This document shows, in pieces, positions 18,488 through 27,202 of a stretch of DNA of 60,059 bases. Numbering within the stretch: the stretch's first letter is position 1; the number at the start of each line of letters is the position of its first letter. The stretch is from an uncultured Alphaproteobacteria bacterium (GTDB taxonomy: Bacteria; Pseudomonadota; Alphaproteobacteria; Methylaequorales; Methylaequoraceae), in NCBI GenBank assembly GCA_902536485.1, contig CACAXP010000004.1:1-60059 (forward strand), read 5' to 3'. The notes below the pieces were generated by a model. That model searched no databases, was not told where the DNA came from, and saw nothing but the letters and a program-made list of their open reading frames with translations. The translations under genes were made by a program, and so were the position numbers.

Positions 18488-19666
18488 TCAGTAATTAATT
18501 TCAATTTCTATTCTTCTATTTTTTTCACGACCCTTAATGTCCTCGTTACTTGCAACAGGCTGCGTTTCTCCATAGCTTATAGCTTTCATTCTATCTGGTT
18601 TAAGTTTTCCTGAACTTGCTAATTCTTGAACAACTGATGATGATCTTGCAGCAGCTAAATCCCAGTTATCTCTATAAATGGATCCAAAGGTTAATGGTTT
18701 ATTGTCTGTATGACCTGAAACAAGTATTTCACTTCTACCTTTTTCATTAACCTCTGCAATTTTTGCCATTATTTTTTTTGCTTTACCTGTAAGATCAGCA
18801 GAACCAGATTTAAAAGCACCACCAGATCCAACTGTTATAATAACTTTGTCATCTTTTCTTTCTATATCTATCAAACCCTGACCAATTTCTTCCTTGAGAG
18901 CAACCTTAAATTTATCCTCAGCTAATTGAGCTTTTTTTTCTTCTTGCTTGGCAGTTTCTTCTGATTCACCGCTATTTGTTCCTTGCTGAGATTGAGCATC
19001 TCGTTTTCCTTTAGCTGCTGAAGCTGTAGCCAACATTGCGAGTTGTTTATCCATACCACCAATTAAAACTTCTGTTTCAGATTTACCTGAACCAGCTTTT
19101 GCTGATTCAACTGCATTCAATGTTTCCTGAAGAAGATTTGGAAGTTCTTTCTCGTCGGCTTCGGTAGGTGTGAAATTTACTACTACTTTATCTCCTAAGA
19201 CTTCAACATCAATGTCTCCTCTAGAAATTGCATCTTTTATATTTTCAGCTAATTCTTTAGCATCCTCATTTTCTCCATCATCCTTCGTGTTATCTTGTGT
19301 TTTTGTTTTTAACTCAACTTTTGGTTGATCTGTTTCTGTGGTTTGTTGTTTAAGGTTGTCTTGGACTGAGGGTGTTGGATTAGGACTGAAACTTAAAGAA
19401 AGAACTGTTGTTCCTTTAGGCTGTTCTACAACAGGCACCACTCTTTGTATTCCAAATGCGTTTTTCATACTTCCGCTAATTTGCTTAAACTTAGGAACGT
19501 TGAATTCAGCAAAGGAAAGAATCAGAACAAAAAAGGCCATTAAAAGAGTTGCCATATCAGCAAAAGTTGCCATCCATGCGGGGGCTCCTTTAGGAGGGCA
19601 TTCTTCACATTCATGCTCCTCTTCCTCAGTGGTTTCCTTTTTTTTTTCTTTAGCCTCTTCTGCCAT
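18488..19666 (-). CDS. motB: stator MotB/PomB
   Basis: CPPKGAPAWMATFADMATLL (conserved Asp); OmpA-like GHTDN, NWDLAAARS, NRRIEI; ATG 19666 preferred. Confidence 0.95.
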   Translation of the reverse strand: MAEEAKEKKKETTEEEEHECEECPPKGAPAWMATFADMATLLMAFFVLILSFAEFNVPKFKQISGSMKNAFGIQRVVPVVEQPKGTTVLSLSFSPNPTPSVQDNLKQQTTETDQPKVELKTKTQDNTKDDGENEDAKELAENIKDAISRGDIDVEVLGDKVVVNFTPTEADEKELPNLLQETLNAVESAKAGSGKSETEVLIGGMDKQLAMLATASAAKGKRDAQSQQGTNSGESEETAKQEEKKAQLAEDKFKVALKEEIGQGLIDIERKDDKVIITVGSGGAFKSGSADLTGKAKKIMAKIAEVNEKGRSEILVSGHTDNKPLTFGSIYRDNWDLAAARSSSVVQELASSGKLKPDRMKAISYGETQPVASNEDIKGREKNRRIEIEINY

Positions 19667-19679
19667 TTGTTTTAATTTC

Positions 19680-20450
19680 CTAGGTTGCGGCTGACTCAAT
19701 CAGTTTTTGTTTTTCTTTTGGAGGAAGATTTGCAACTAACTGATCTTGAATATTTCTTGGACTTTCGCCTCTAGAAATAAATTGCAAGCCTGTAATTATC
19801 ATTTCCCTATAGGTAGTCTCATAAGCAGAATATCCTTTTAATTTAATAACCAAAGGCATAAAAATTGTGTTGGCAATCATTGCACCATACAATGTAGTTA
19901 ATAGTGCAACGGCCATAGCTGGACCAATTGCTTTAGGATCAGCCATATTGCCCAACATTGCCACTAAACCAACAAGTGTCCCAATCATTCCCATTGCTGG
20001 AGCTATATCTACCCATGATTGACAAACACCAATATTTTTTTCGTGTCTGGTTTGCATAGATTTTAATTCTTTTTTTAGTTGAACTGTCAATTTTTCTTCA
20101 TCGGCTCCATCTACTAACATTTGAAGACCGCTATCAAAAAAAGCATCAGGAGTTTCTTGACCTTCCAAAGCCATCATACCATCTTTCCTTGCGATTCCTG
20201 CAAGTTCAACTATACGAGTTATTAATTCATCCATTTTTTTTACAGGTGGCTTGAATGCTTTGGCCATAGCTCCGTAAGCTCCAAAATATACTGGGAGTGG
20301 AGCTGTATACATAACAGCAAAAAACGAGCCACCAAAAACTATTAAAATTGACGGAACATCTATGTATGAACCTAAACCACCGGCTGATATCATCGCACCA
20401 GCGATCATTCCAAGAGTTCCCAAAAAACCTATTAAAGTTGCTAAATCCAT
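19680..20450 (-). CDS. motA: stator MotA/PomA
   Basis: APAMGMIGTLVGLVAML...DPKAIGPAMAVALLTTLYGA (PomA-like). Confidence 0.97.
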   Translation of the reverse strand: MDLATLIGFLGTLGMIAGAMISAGGLGSYIDVPSILIVFGGSFFAVMYTAPLPVYFGAYGAMAKAFKPPVKKMDELITRIVELAGIARKDGMMALEGQETPDAFFDSGLQMLVDGADEEKLTVQLKKELKSMQTRHEKNIGVCQSWVDIAPAMGMIGTLVGLVAMLGNMADPKAIGPAMAVALLTTLYGAMIANTIFMPLVIKLKGYSAYETTYREMIITGLQFISRGESPRNIQDQLVANLPPKEKQKLIESAAT

Positions 20451-20493
20451 TTATAATCCATTAACGTTTATATATATATATAAAATAATATTT

Positions 20494-20509
20494 TGGTATA
20501 GAAACTGCA
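20494..20509 (+). promoter_or_regulatory. putative sigma54 promoter of the DUF1566 gene (shares -12 GC with the motA promoter)
   Basis: TGGTATAGAAACTGCA, GG-N10-GC. Confidence 0.5.
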
Positions 20510-20521
20510 ACTTTAATACCA
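20506..20521 (-). promoter_or_regulatory. sigma54 promoter of motAB
   Basis: Minus strand TGGTATTAAAGTTGCA, GG-N10-GC. Confidence 0.8.
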
Positions 20522-20567
20522 AAATTGATTTTTTTTTTAAATTTAGGCAATATTGTTATATAAAATC

Positions 20568-21041
20568 ATGCAAATCATATTTTTTACAATACTTTTTAGT
20601 TTTTTTTCGTTGGGAAACTCAATTTCCTCTGATTTTATGGATAAAGGTTTTTATGTTATTGACCTAAAAAACAGAATTGAATGGCTCAAATGTACAACTG
20701 GTCAACAATGGAGCGATGAAAAACAGGATTGTTTAGGTGAACCTGTTAAACTTGATTTTGAGGAAATTACTCTTGCATTAGACATACTAAATCAGGAGAT
20801 TGAGGGTCCTTGGAGACTTCCCAGTAGAAAGGAACTCGAAAGCTTAGTTTGTAAAAACTGTGAGGGAGCAAAGATTGATTCGGTCCTATTTCCTCAAACC
20901 CCAGCTCAGCCTTTTTGGACATCTCAACGAAATTGGTGGTCACCTAAATTCTTTTGGTCTGTAAATTTTTTTACAGGTCATAGTTATGGACGTTTTGTTC
21001 CAGAAAAAAAGCTTTTCGTAAGATTCGTTAGAGATCGTTAA
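20568..21041 (+). CDS. secreted DUF1566 (Lcl C-terminal) domain protein
   Basis: Signal peptide, VIDLKNRIEWLKCTTGQ, WRLPSRKEL, FWTS, WSVNF, VRFVR. Confidence 0.9.
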   Translation: MQIIFFTILFSFFSLGNSISSDFMDKGFYVIDLKNRIEWLKCTTGQQWSDEKQDCLGEPVKLDFEEITLALDILNQEIEGPWRLPSRKELESLVCKNCEGAKIDSVLFPQTPAQPFWTSQRNWWSPKFFWSVNFFTGHSYGRFVPEKKLFVRFVRDR

Positions 21042-21238
21042 TTTTTAGATTTCATATATTCATATAATTTGTACAGAAAAAGAAGTAGTCCAAAAAAAAG
21101 TATAACAATTGCCGCATTCCATGATGTTACAAAGGAAAGATAATGTAACCTATCGTTTACAGTTAATGCCAAAATGATAATGAAAACAACTGCTACTAGG
21201 AAATATCTAATTATAGTGCATATTCTGCAATTTTTCAT
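21038..21238 (-). CDS. small 2-TM protein with N-terminal CxxC
   Basis: MKNCRICTIIRYF and two TMs; start overlaps the SPOR gene stop. Confidence 0.7.
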   Translation of the reverse strand: MKNCRICTIIRYFLVAVVFIIILALTVNDRLHYLSFVTSWNAAIVILFFGLLLFLYKLYEYMKSKN

Positions 21239-21843
21239 CGTTTTTTAAAAAGACAACTTATTTTAACTTCTTTAAGAAAGTTACAAACTTTTTTTGCATT
21301 ATCAAGATCATTTGTTTGAGAAATTAGTTTATAAAGTTTTTTTTTTTCATCAAAATCTATATTTACAAAAAAGTCTGGAAATTTTGTATTTATTTTTTTC
21401 ATAACAGAACTTTTTAAATCCTCAGCATTCTTCTTTTTTGAAAAAGCTCCAAATTGAATAAAGTAAATATCTTTTTTTTCTTCAGTAATTGGGATATTTA
21501 TATCTGTTTTCTTACTTTTTTTAGAATTAATTTCTATTTGGTTAGATTTTTCCAAAGGACCATTATTTTCACTTTCTTTTTCTTTTACTTCATTTGTGGA
21601 ATGTTTTTCCGTTTCTTTGGTATTTATTAAGTTTTCATTTACATCGACAAAATTTTGTTCCGTCTCTTTAACAATTTTTTTTTCTATATCCTCAGGATTT
21701 TGGTTATATTTTGTGATTTCCTCATTATCATTTTGAGTGATTTTTTCATTATCTGAAGGAAAATTACCCGTCAAATTTTTAACACCTAAAAAAATTAGGA
21801 AAAAAGATAAAGGAAAAATAATTAATGGTATTAATTTTATCAC
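21235..21843 (-). CDS. SPOR-domain (denuded peptidoglycan-binding) protein
   Basis: N-terminal TM, disordered linker, YFIQFGAFSKKKNA...AKKVC...LK...C. Confidence 0.88.
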   Translation of the reverse strand: MIKLIPLIIFPLSFFLIFLGVKNLTGNFPSDNEKITQNDNEEITKYNQNPEDIEKKIVKETEQNFVDVNENLINTKETEKHSTNEVKEKESENNGPLEKSNQIEINSKKSKKTDINIPITEEKKDIYFIQFGAFSKKKNAEDLKSSVMKKINTKFPDFFVNIDFDEKKKLYKLISQTNDLDNAKKVCNFLKEVKISCLFKKR

Positions 21844-21919
21844 AGTCTGATTTTATCTAATATGTCACAAATTTCTTTGGATTACAAAAAAAAATATAGT
21901 TATTATAGTTTTATGTATC

Positions 21920-21951
21920 GATGTCATGTTTCTGACATCAAAAAGATGTCA
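21920..21951. promoter_or_regulatory. perfect FleQ-type palindrome plus extra half-site upstream of rpoN
   Basis: GATGTCA-TGTTTC-TGACATC-AAAAA-GATGTCA. Confidence 0.55.
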
Positions 21952-22011
21952 AATTTAAATTTTGCATTCTTTTAAAAAAAGTTGTCAAATTACAATGAAA
22001 GGAGAATAAGA

Positions 22012-23463
22012 ATGCAAATATCTCAGAATTTAAAGTTGAAACAAAGTCAATCATTGGTGATGACACCTCAGCTTCAACAGGCAATAAAACTTCTTCAATT
22101 AAATAATTTAGAGCTTTCTAATTTAATTAATAAAGAATTAGAAGAAAATCCTTTCCTTGAAAATGAGTCGTCAGAGGAATTTAATGAAGTTTCAAATGAC
22201 AAAACAGAAGATTTGACTGAATCTTTTTCATCAGGGGAGTCCATTGCAGATGAACCTAAAAATGATTATGAAAATAGATGGGATACAGACTCTTTTCAAA
22301 CATACGAAAATAAAAATTCTAACTATGACTCTTTTGACCCTGGATCAGTTTTGGAACAAACTCTTTCAGAAAAAATATCCTTAAAATCTATTTTAAAAAG
22401 TCAGGCTCAATTAGAGTTTTCAGATGACAAAGAAAGGAAGATTTCTGAACTTTTAATTGACTACATTGAACCAAGTGGATGGTTATTGCAGTCTATTGAA
22501 GAATTAGAGTCTTTTAGTGGTTATGAAAAAGAGCAAATTGAGAGTGTATTACTTAGAATGCAAAAATTTGAACCTAGCGGGGTATTCGCCAGAAACTTAA
22601 AGGAATGCCTAATCCTGCAAATGGTAAATGAAGAAATTATGACTGAAAAAAATAAGATTATTATTGAGAACCTTGAAATGTTGGGTGAAGGTAATCTAAA
22701 AGAACTTCAAAAACTATGCTCAATGAAAGAAGAAGAATTAAAAGAAAGTATAAAAAAAATTAGACTATTAAATCCAAAACCAGGTTTAAAATACTCTGAT
22801 GAAAGCATAGATTTATTAAGTCCAGATGTAATTGTTACAAAAAATAAAAAAGATTGGTCAGTAGAGCTTAATAACAGTACTCTACCAAAAATTACAGTCA
22901 ATCAAGAATATGTTAATGAAATTGAGAGTTTAAAATGTTCAGATAATGATAAAAAGTTTATTTCTGAAAACATTAATTCAGCGAAATGGTTACTCAAAGC
23001 AATTGAACAAAGAAATATCACTACACTTAAAATTAGTTCAGAAATAGTAAATCAACAAAAAGAGTTTTTTGAAAAAGGTAAGAAGTTTTTAAAACCTATG
23101 ATTTTAAAAGATGTTGCAAACAAAATTGACATGCATGAAAGTACAGTTAGTAGAGTTACCTCTAATAAGCTAATACTTACACCTAGAGGAATCTATGAAA
23201 TGAAGATATTTTTTAGCGCTTCTATTAATAGTGTCACAGAAGGTGAAAGTCACTCCGCTGCATCGGTCAGAGAATCACTAAAAAAACTGATCAGCTGTGA
23301 GCCAATTAACAATCCACTTAGTGATGAGGCCATAGTAAGTAAACTTCAGCATGAGGGTATAAATTTGGCAAGAAGGACAGTTGCAAAATATAGAGAATTA
23401 CTAAATATTCCATCTTCATCAATTAGACGAAGAATGATGAAAATTCAAAATTTGAATATTTAA
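22012..23463 (+). CDS. rpoN: RNA polymerase sigma-54 factor
   Basis: QSQSLVMTPQLQQAIKLLQL, MHESTVSRV, RpoN box ARRTVAKYRE; ATG 22012 follows AAGGAG. Confidence 0.98.
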   Translation: MQISQNLKLKQSQSLVMTPQLQQAIKLLQLNNLELSNLINKELEENPFLENESSEEFNEVSNDKTEDLTESFSSGESIADEPKNDYENRWDTDSFQTYENKNSNYDSFDPGSVLEQTLSEKISLKSILKSQAQLEFSDDKERKISELLIDYIEPSGWLLQSIEELESFSGYEKEQIESVLLRMQKFEPSGVFARNLKECLILQMVNEEIMTEKNKIIIENLEMLGEGNLKELQKLCSMKEEELKESIKKIRLLNPKPGLKYSDESIDLLSPDVIVTKNKKDWSVELNNSTLPKITVNQEYVNEIESLKCSDNDKKFISENINSAKWLLKAIEQRNITTLKISSEIVNQQKEFFEKGKKFLKPMILKDVANKIDMHESTVSRVTSNKLILTPRGIYEMKIFFSASINSVTEGESHSAASVRESLKKLISCEPINNPLSDEAIVSKLQHEGINLARRTVAKYRELLNIPSSSIRRRMMKIQNLNI

Positions 23464-23567
23464 TATCAAGGAATTAAAAATAATATATTTTTAAAAAATT
23501 AATAATTTAAAAAAATTTTATAAGTTTAAATTAATAATTTAATGTAGAACATCTAGCTTTACAAAAG

Positions 23568-23747
23568 TTAGTTATATCTCACTCTTTTGAATTCACTTTC
23601 GAAAGATTCAAGGAAATGAATCATTGGAAAGGTTTCAGTTTTTTGAAGTTTATCATCTTTGTAATGAGATATTTTGATAAACATACTGTTACAATTTAAC
23701 TTTTCATCGACATTAACATTTTTTAAACCTTGTTTATTTAGATTCAT
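23568..23747 (-). CDS. 59-aa hypothetical microprotein (missed by the ORF track)
   Basis: MNLNKQGLKNVNVDEKLNCNSMFIKISHYKDDKLQKTETFPMIHFLESFESEFKRVRYN*; RBS AAGGAG and its own sigma54 promoter. Confidence 0.75.
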   Translation of the reverse strand: MNLNKQGLKNVNVDEKLNCNSMFIKISHYKDDKLQKTETFPMIHFLESFESEFKRVRYN

Positions 23748-23772
23748 TTTTTACTCCTTGTTAATTGTATTG

Positions 23773-23788
23773 TGCAAAATTCCTGCCA
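23773..23788 (-). promoter_or_regulatory. sigma54 promoter of the 59-aa ORF
   Basis: Minus strand TGGCAGGAATTTTGCA, near-consensus. Confidence 0.85.
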
Positions 23789-23791
23789 AAT

Positions 23792-24412
23792 TTAGCTTTC
23801 TAAATGATTTAATTGATTACTTAGCTCTCTTCTAAAAAATTCAATCTTTTCTTTAGTTCTTTTATTATCATTGATATGTAAAATAATTTTTTTCTGTCTT
23901 ATATCTGCCCAATAATTTTTTACTCTATTTAAATATTTCTCTTTCCTAGCTGGTACTGAAGAATGATAGCGAGAAATTGCCTCATTCCATCTTTTATACT
24001 TAATAAATAGTTTTTTTAAGAATTTAGCTGCATATTTTACATTAGAATCAGGATCAAGCATGTTCTCAAGGCTATCAAATTTATTCATGTGGTATTTGAT
24101 ACTTATTTGCATACACCCAACATCAATATTTTTATTTTTATAATTTTTTTTTAAAAAACTTAATACATCATCCTTATTGTCAAAAAACATTGGTTTTCCT
24201 GAAACATTTAAAGTCCAAGGCCATGAGACAAAATTGTTATTTTTCTTTATCCCTGACTCAACCAATGAAATTGATGTTAATAGTTTGTCTGGAATATTAA
24301 ATTGTTTACCGTATTTCTCTGTAAAGTTTAAACAATTAGTTAAGGAATTTGAATATGTTGGTTTGAAATTAATTAAAAGACATAATAAGAATAAATTTTT
24401 AAATATTTTCAT
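23792..24412 (-). CDS. sltF: lytic transglycosylase, SltF-like
   Basis: Signal peptide, ISLVESG (catalytic Glu), WPWTLNVSG, IDVGCMQI, AISRYHS. Confidence 0.8.
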   Translation of the reverse strand: MKIFKNLFLLCLLINFKPTYSNSLTNCLNFTEKYGKQFNIPDKLLTSISLVESGIKKNNNFVSWPWTLNVSGKPMFFDNKDDVLSFLKKNYKNKNIDVGCMQISIKYHMNKFDSLENMLDPDSNVKYAAKFLKKLFIKYKRWNEAISRYHSSVPARKEKYLNRVKNYWADIRQKKIILHINDNKRTKEKIEFFRRELSNQLNHLES

Positions 24413-24423
24413 AAAAGAATAAC

Positions 24424-24439
24424 AGCAATATTAATGCCA
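24424..24439 (-). promoter_or_regulatory. sigma54 promoter of sltF
   Basis: Minus strand TGGCATTAATATTGCT. Confidence 0.8.
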
Positions 24440-25768
24440 TTATCTTCTTAGTATCGAACTACTTATTAACTCTCTTCCAATTGAAATAAAGTTGTATGGG
24501 TTTACGGGTTTATCATTAACTTTTATTTCATAATGTAAATGTGCACCAACCGCTCTTCCTGTTGAACCCATTTTTCCAATTATATCTCCTTCACTAACTA
24601 AACTCCCTTTTTTTACCGCTAATTTGTGTAAGTGACCATAAATTGTTGAAACACCGTGCTTGTGTAAAATTTTAATTGATTTTCCAAACGAGCCATTTCT
24701 TCCAGCTGAAACAACTAATCCATCAGCAGGTGCCCTCACTTCTTCTTGCCAGGTCCCAGCCATATCAATCCCATAATGCATCTGTTTTAATTTAGTTTTG
24801 GGGTGAATCCTATAGCCATAAGGACTTGAAACATAGTAATATTGCATTGGTGGTTTAAGTGGAAGAAATACAATTGCGTTTTTTAATTCTTCAATAAACT
24901 GAAACCTTAAAGATGTGTGGTCGATTAATTCATCATTGTCTATAGTAAAACTTTCTACTCCAGGTTTTAAAAACGATTCAATTTCATTCAAATTAATTTC
25001 GTCAGGCTTAAGCCTTAATGACTTAAAAACGTTAACCAGTTGTAAAATTTCCTGATCTAACTTATTGGTAAAGTTAATAATTTTTAGCTTTTTTGTTCTT
25101 GGAGCTATGTAAGGCACAACTGGTAAGTTATTATATGAAAAAGAGGATCTTTTTTTATAAGGCTTAACATCCGGTTTGTTTTTACTTACAGTATGCTCCA
25201 TTGCAATCATTTCGGGACTAGCTAACCTTGAAAATTGATCAAAAACAACTTCATCAGAATGATTAATTTCATATTGAAAACTTTTTCCAAAATTTGAAAC
25301 AAGGTTCTTAATATTATTCAATTTTTCCTTTAATTTTATTTTTGTATCTATTTTATCCTCTGAAACTTTATAATCTAAGGATTGAAATTCAGTTATTATT
25401 TCATCAGTAACTTCAACATTTTCTTTATTGATTGCACTGTTCGCTATAGTTTTTAATGTTTGAATTTCTGATTCAGTAAATTTTTTATTAATTATTTCAT
25501 CGTTTTTATATGAAACATAACTGAAAAAGGAAGAAACTCCAAAGAATAATAATTGAACCATCTTAATTACAAAAACAACAGATAAAACAAAAGCAGATAT
25601 ATAATGCTTTAGGTTAAAAACGATTTCTATAGGTCCTTTTTTTGTAAAATATAAAAATCTTCTTTCTCTAAATATTTCTCTAAAATTATTTGAACTTACT
25701 GCAAGTCTTCCAAACTTTGGACTAGATTTAAAGTTTTGGTCTAGAAATCTCTTAATTAAATGTTGCAT
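24440..25768 (-). CDS. M23 endopeptidase, LmdC-like
   Basis: N-terminal FRERRFLYF (DUF5930-like), TM, coiled region, HYGID and HLH zinc motifs. Confidence 0.9.
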   Translation of the reverse strand: MQHLIKRFLDQNFKSSPKFGRLAVSSNNFREIFRERRFLYFTKKGPIEIVFNLKHYISAFVLSVVFVIKMVQLLFFGVSSFFSYVSYKNDEIINKKFTESEIQTLKTIANSAINKENVEVTDEIITEFQSLDYKVSEDKIDTKIKLKEKLNNIKNLVSNFGKSFQYEINHSDEVVFDQFSRLASPEMIAMEHTVSKNKPDVKPYKKRSSFSYNNLPVVPYIAPRTKKLKIINFTNKLDQEILQLVNVFKSLRLKPDEINLNEIESFLKPGVESFTIDNDELIDHTSLRFQFIEELKNAIVFLPLKPPMQYYYVSSPYGYRIHPKTKLKQMHYGIDMAGTWQEEVRAPADGLVVSAGRNGSFGKSIKILHKHGVSTIYGHLHKLAVKKGSLVSEGDIIGKMGSTGRAVGAHLHYEIKVNDKPVNPYNFISIGRELISSSILRR

Positions 25769-25774
25769 TTGTAA

Positions 25775-26275
25775 TTACTTTAGATACAAAACCACAACTA
25801 ACATAATATTAGTTAGCAATTGCATTAGCATAATTAAAAGCATTAATTTCCATGAAATAGGGTTACTTACATTTAAATTAAATTGAGGAAAGGGCTTATC
25901 CTCGTCCAGTCTTACATTTTTTTTATTGTCATCAACAATATGTTCATTTTGATAGTCTTTATATGTTTTTGTATTTGATGTACTGGTATTAGTATTCATA
26001 TTTGAAAAATTATATTCTTTTTTAAAATTTTCATTTTTAGATGTTTCAGGTTTTTTAAATAGGTTTACTTCACTTTTTGGAATTTGTGTTTTTTCTTCAT
26101 TAGCTGTTTTAACTATTTCAACAGCTTCCATTTTCTCAATTTTAATACTATTCTCTAGTGATTTTTTACTTTCTACTTGTTTTTTTTTTAAATTATTAGA
26201 AGAGTTAGAAGAACCAGTCATTTGAGTTCTCATTTTTTCAATTCTATCTCTTATGTCGATTACTTGTTCTGTCAT
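25775..26275 (-). CDS. tail-anchored hypothetical protein
   Basis: Polar disordered body with a single C-terminal TM. Confidence 0.75.
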   Translation of the reverse strand: MTEQVIDIRDRIEKMRTQMTGSSNSSNNLKKKQVESKKSLENSIKIEKMEAVEIVKTANEEKTQIPKSEVNLFKKPETSKNENFKKEYNFSNMNTNTSTSNTKTYKDYQNEHIVDDNKKNVRLDEDKPFPQFNLNVSNPISWKLMLLIMLMQLLTNIMLVVVLYLK

Positions 26276-26309
26276 TATTTAATTGTAATTTTGAATGTAT
26301 GTTATTTTA

Positions 26310-26325
26310 TGCATTTCATGAGCCA
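26310..26325 (-). promoter_or_regulatory. sigma54 promoter of the tail-anchored protein/M23 operon
   Basis: Minus strand TGGCTCATGAAATGCA, GG-N10-GC. Confidence 0.65.
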
Positions 26326-26398
26326 ATTATAAAATTTTAGTACTTTTTTTTTAAATATTTTTGTGATAAGCATTATAAGTCTTTAAAATTTTTAAGCA

Positions 26399-26797
26399 AT
26401 GTTTTCTAGAGATTCAGATAAAACAAATAAAGTTAGCACTTCTTCAAGCGTTATAGGCGTAGAAATGCAAATAAATGGCAATATAAAATGTAGCGGTAAC
26501 TTAGTTCTCAAAGGTAAGGTTAAAGGTAACATTGAATGCGATCACATTAGCATATCATCTGAGGGGTTTCTTAAAGGTAACATAAAATCTCTCAACACCA
26601 CCATTGGTGGGGATTTTGAAGGTGATGTTTTTGCTGATACCCTTGCAATTGAATCTACTGCAAAAATTAAAGGAAACTTACACTATAATAATTTGAAAGC
26701 TCAAGGTGGTGCAACTCTCGACGTTCAGTTAATTAAAGGCCTAGACAATGAAATTAAAGATAAGCCCCCAAAACAAAAAAAAAATAAGAAAGGTTAA
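26399..26797 (+). CDS. bactofilin 1 (with MFSR membrane-targeting N-terminus)
   Basis: SVIG...INGNI...GKVKGNI...GDV...LAIESTAKIKGNLHY beta-helix repeats. Confidence 0.93.
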   Translation: MFSRDSDKTNKVSTSSSVIGVEMQINGNIKCSGNLVLKGKVKGNIECDHISISSEGFLKGNIKSLNTTIGGDFEGDVFADTLAIESTAKIKGNLHYNNLKAQGGATLDVQLIKGLDNEIKDKPPKQKKNKKG

Positions 26798-26800
26798 ATC

Positions 26801-27181
26801 ATGGCGGATAATCAATCCATAATAGGTAGGGGAGCAATATTTAAAGGTAAAATTTCTAACGCATCGACGATTGAGATAAATGGAAGAGTGGATGCAGATA
26901 TTAAATCTGATAAAGTCACTTTAGGAAAAAATGCTACTCTTGAAGGTTCAATTACGTCAGAACTTGTTGTTATCTCAGGTAACTATCAAGGAAAGATAAA
27001 GGCAGATTCTGTGTGGCTTACTGATAGCTCTGTGATTACTGGAGAGATAAACTATAAATCTTTACAAATGGACAGAGGTGCCGCATTAAATTGTAAAATT
27101 ATCCATAATTGGGATGAAAGAAAATTAAAGGGTAAAAAAGCTGAGGGGATAGACAACGAAACTATCGAAGAAGACAACTAG
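26801..27181 (+). CDS. bactofilin 2
   Basis: SIIGRGAIFKGKI...INGRV...ITGEINYKSLQMDRGA. Confidence 0.93.
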   Translation: MADNQSIIGRGAIFKGKISNASTIEINGRVDADIKSDKVTLGKNATLEGSITSELVVISGNYQGKIKADSVWLTDSSVITGEINYKSLQMDRGAALNCKIIHNWDERKLKGKKAEGIDNETIEEDN

Positions 27182-27202
27182 AAATTAATTTGGAGAATAT
27201 AA

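Noticed and set aside
301-19694. Shadow ORFs in the track (e.g. 301-513, 1655-1945, 3872-4084, 6820-7365, 9624-9929, 11277-11606, 15692-16033, 19338-19694) and similar ones later in the window
   Set aside because: They lie antisense or out of frame within well-supported genes and show no motifs or RBS
20544-20560. Further sigma54-like sequence TAGGCAATATTGTTATA
   Set aside because: It resembles the fliO promoter but lacks the essential -12 GC
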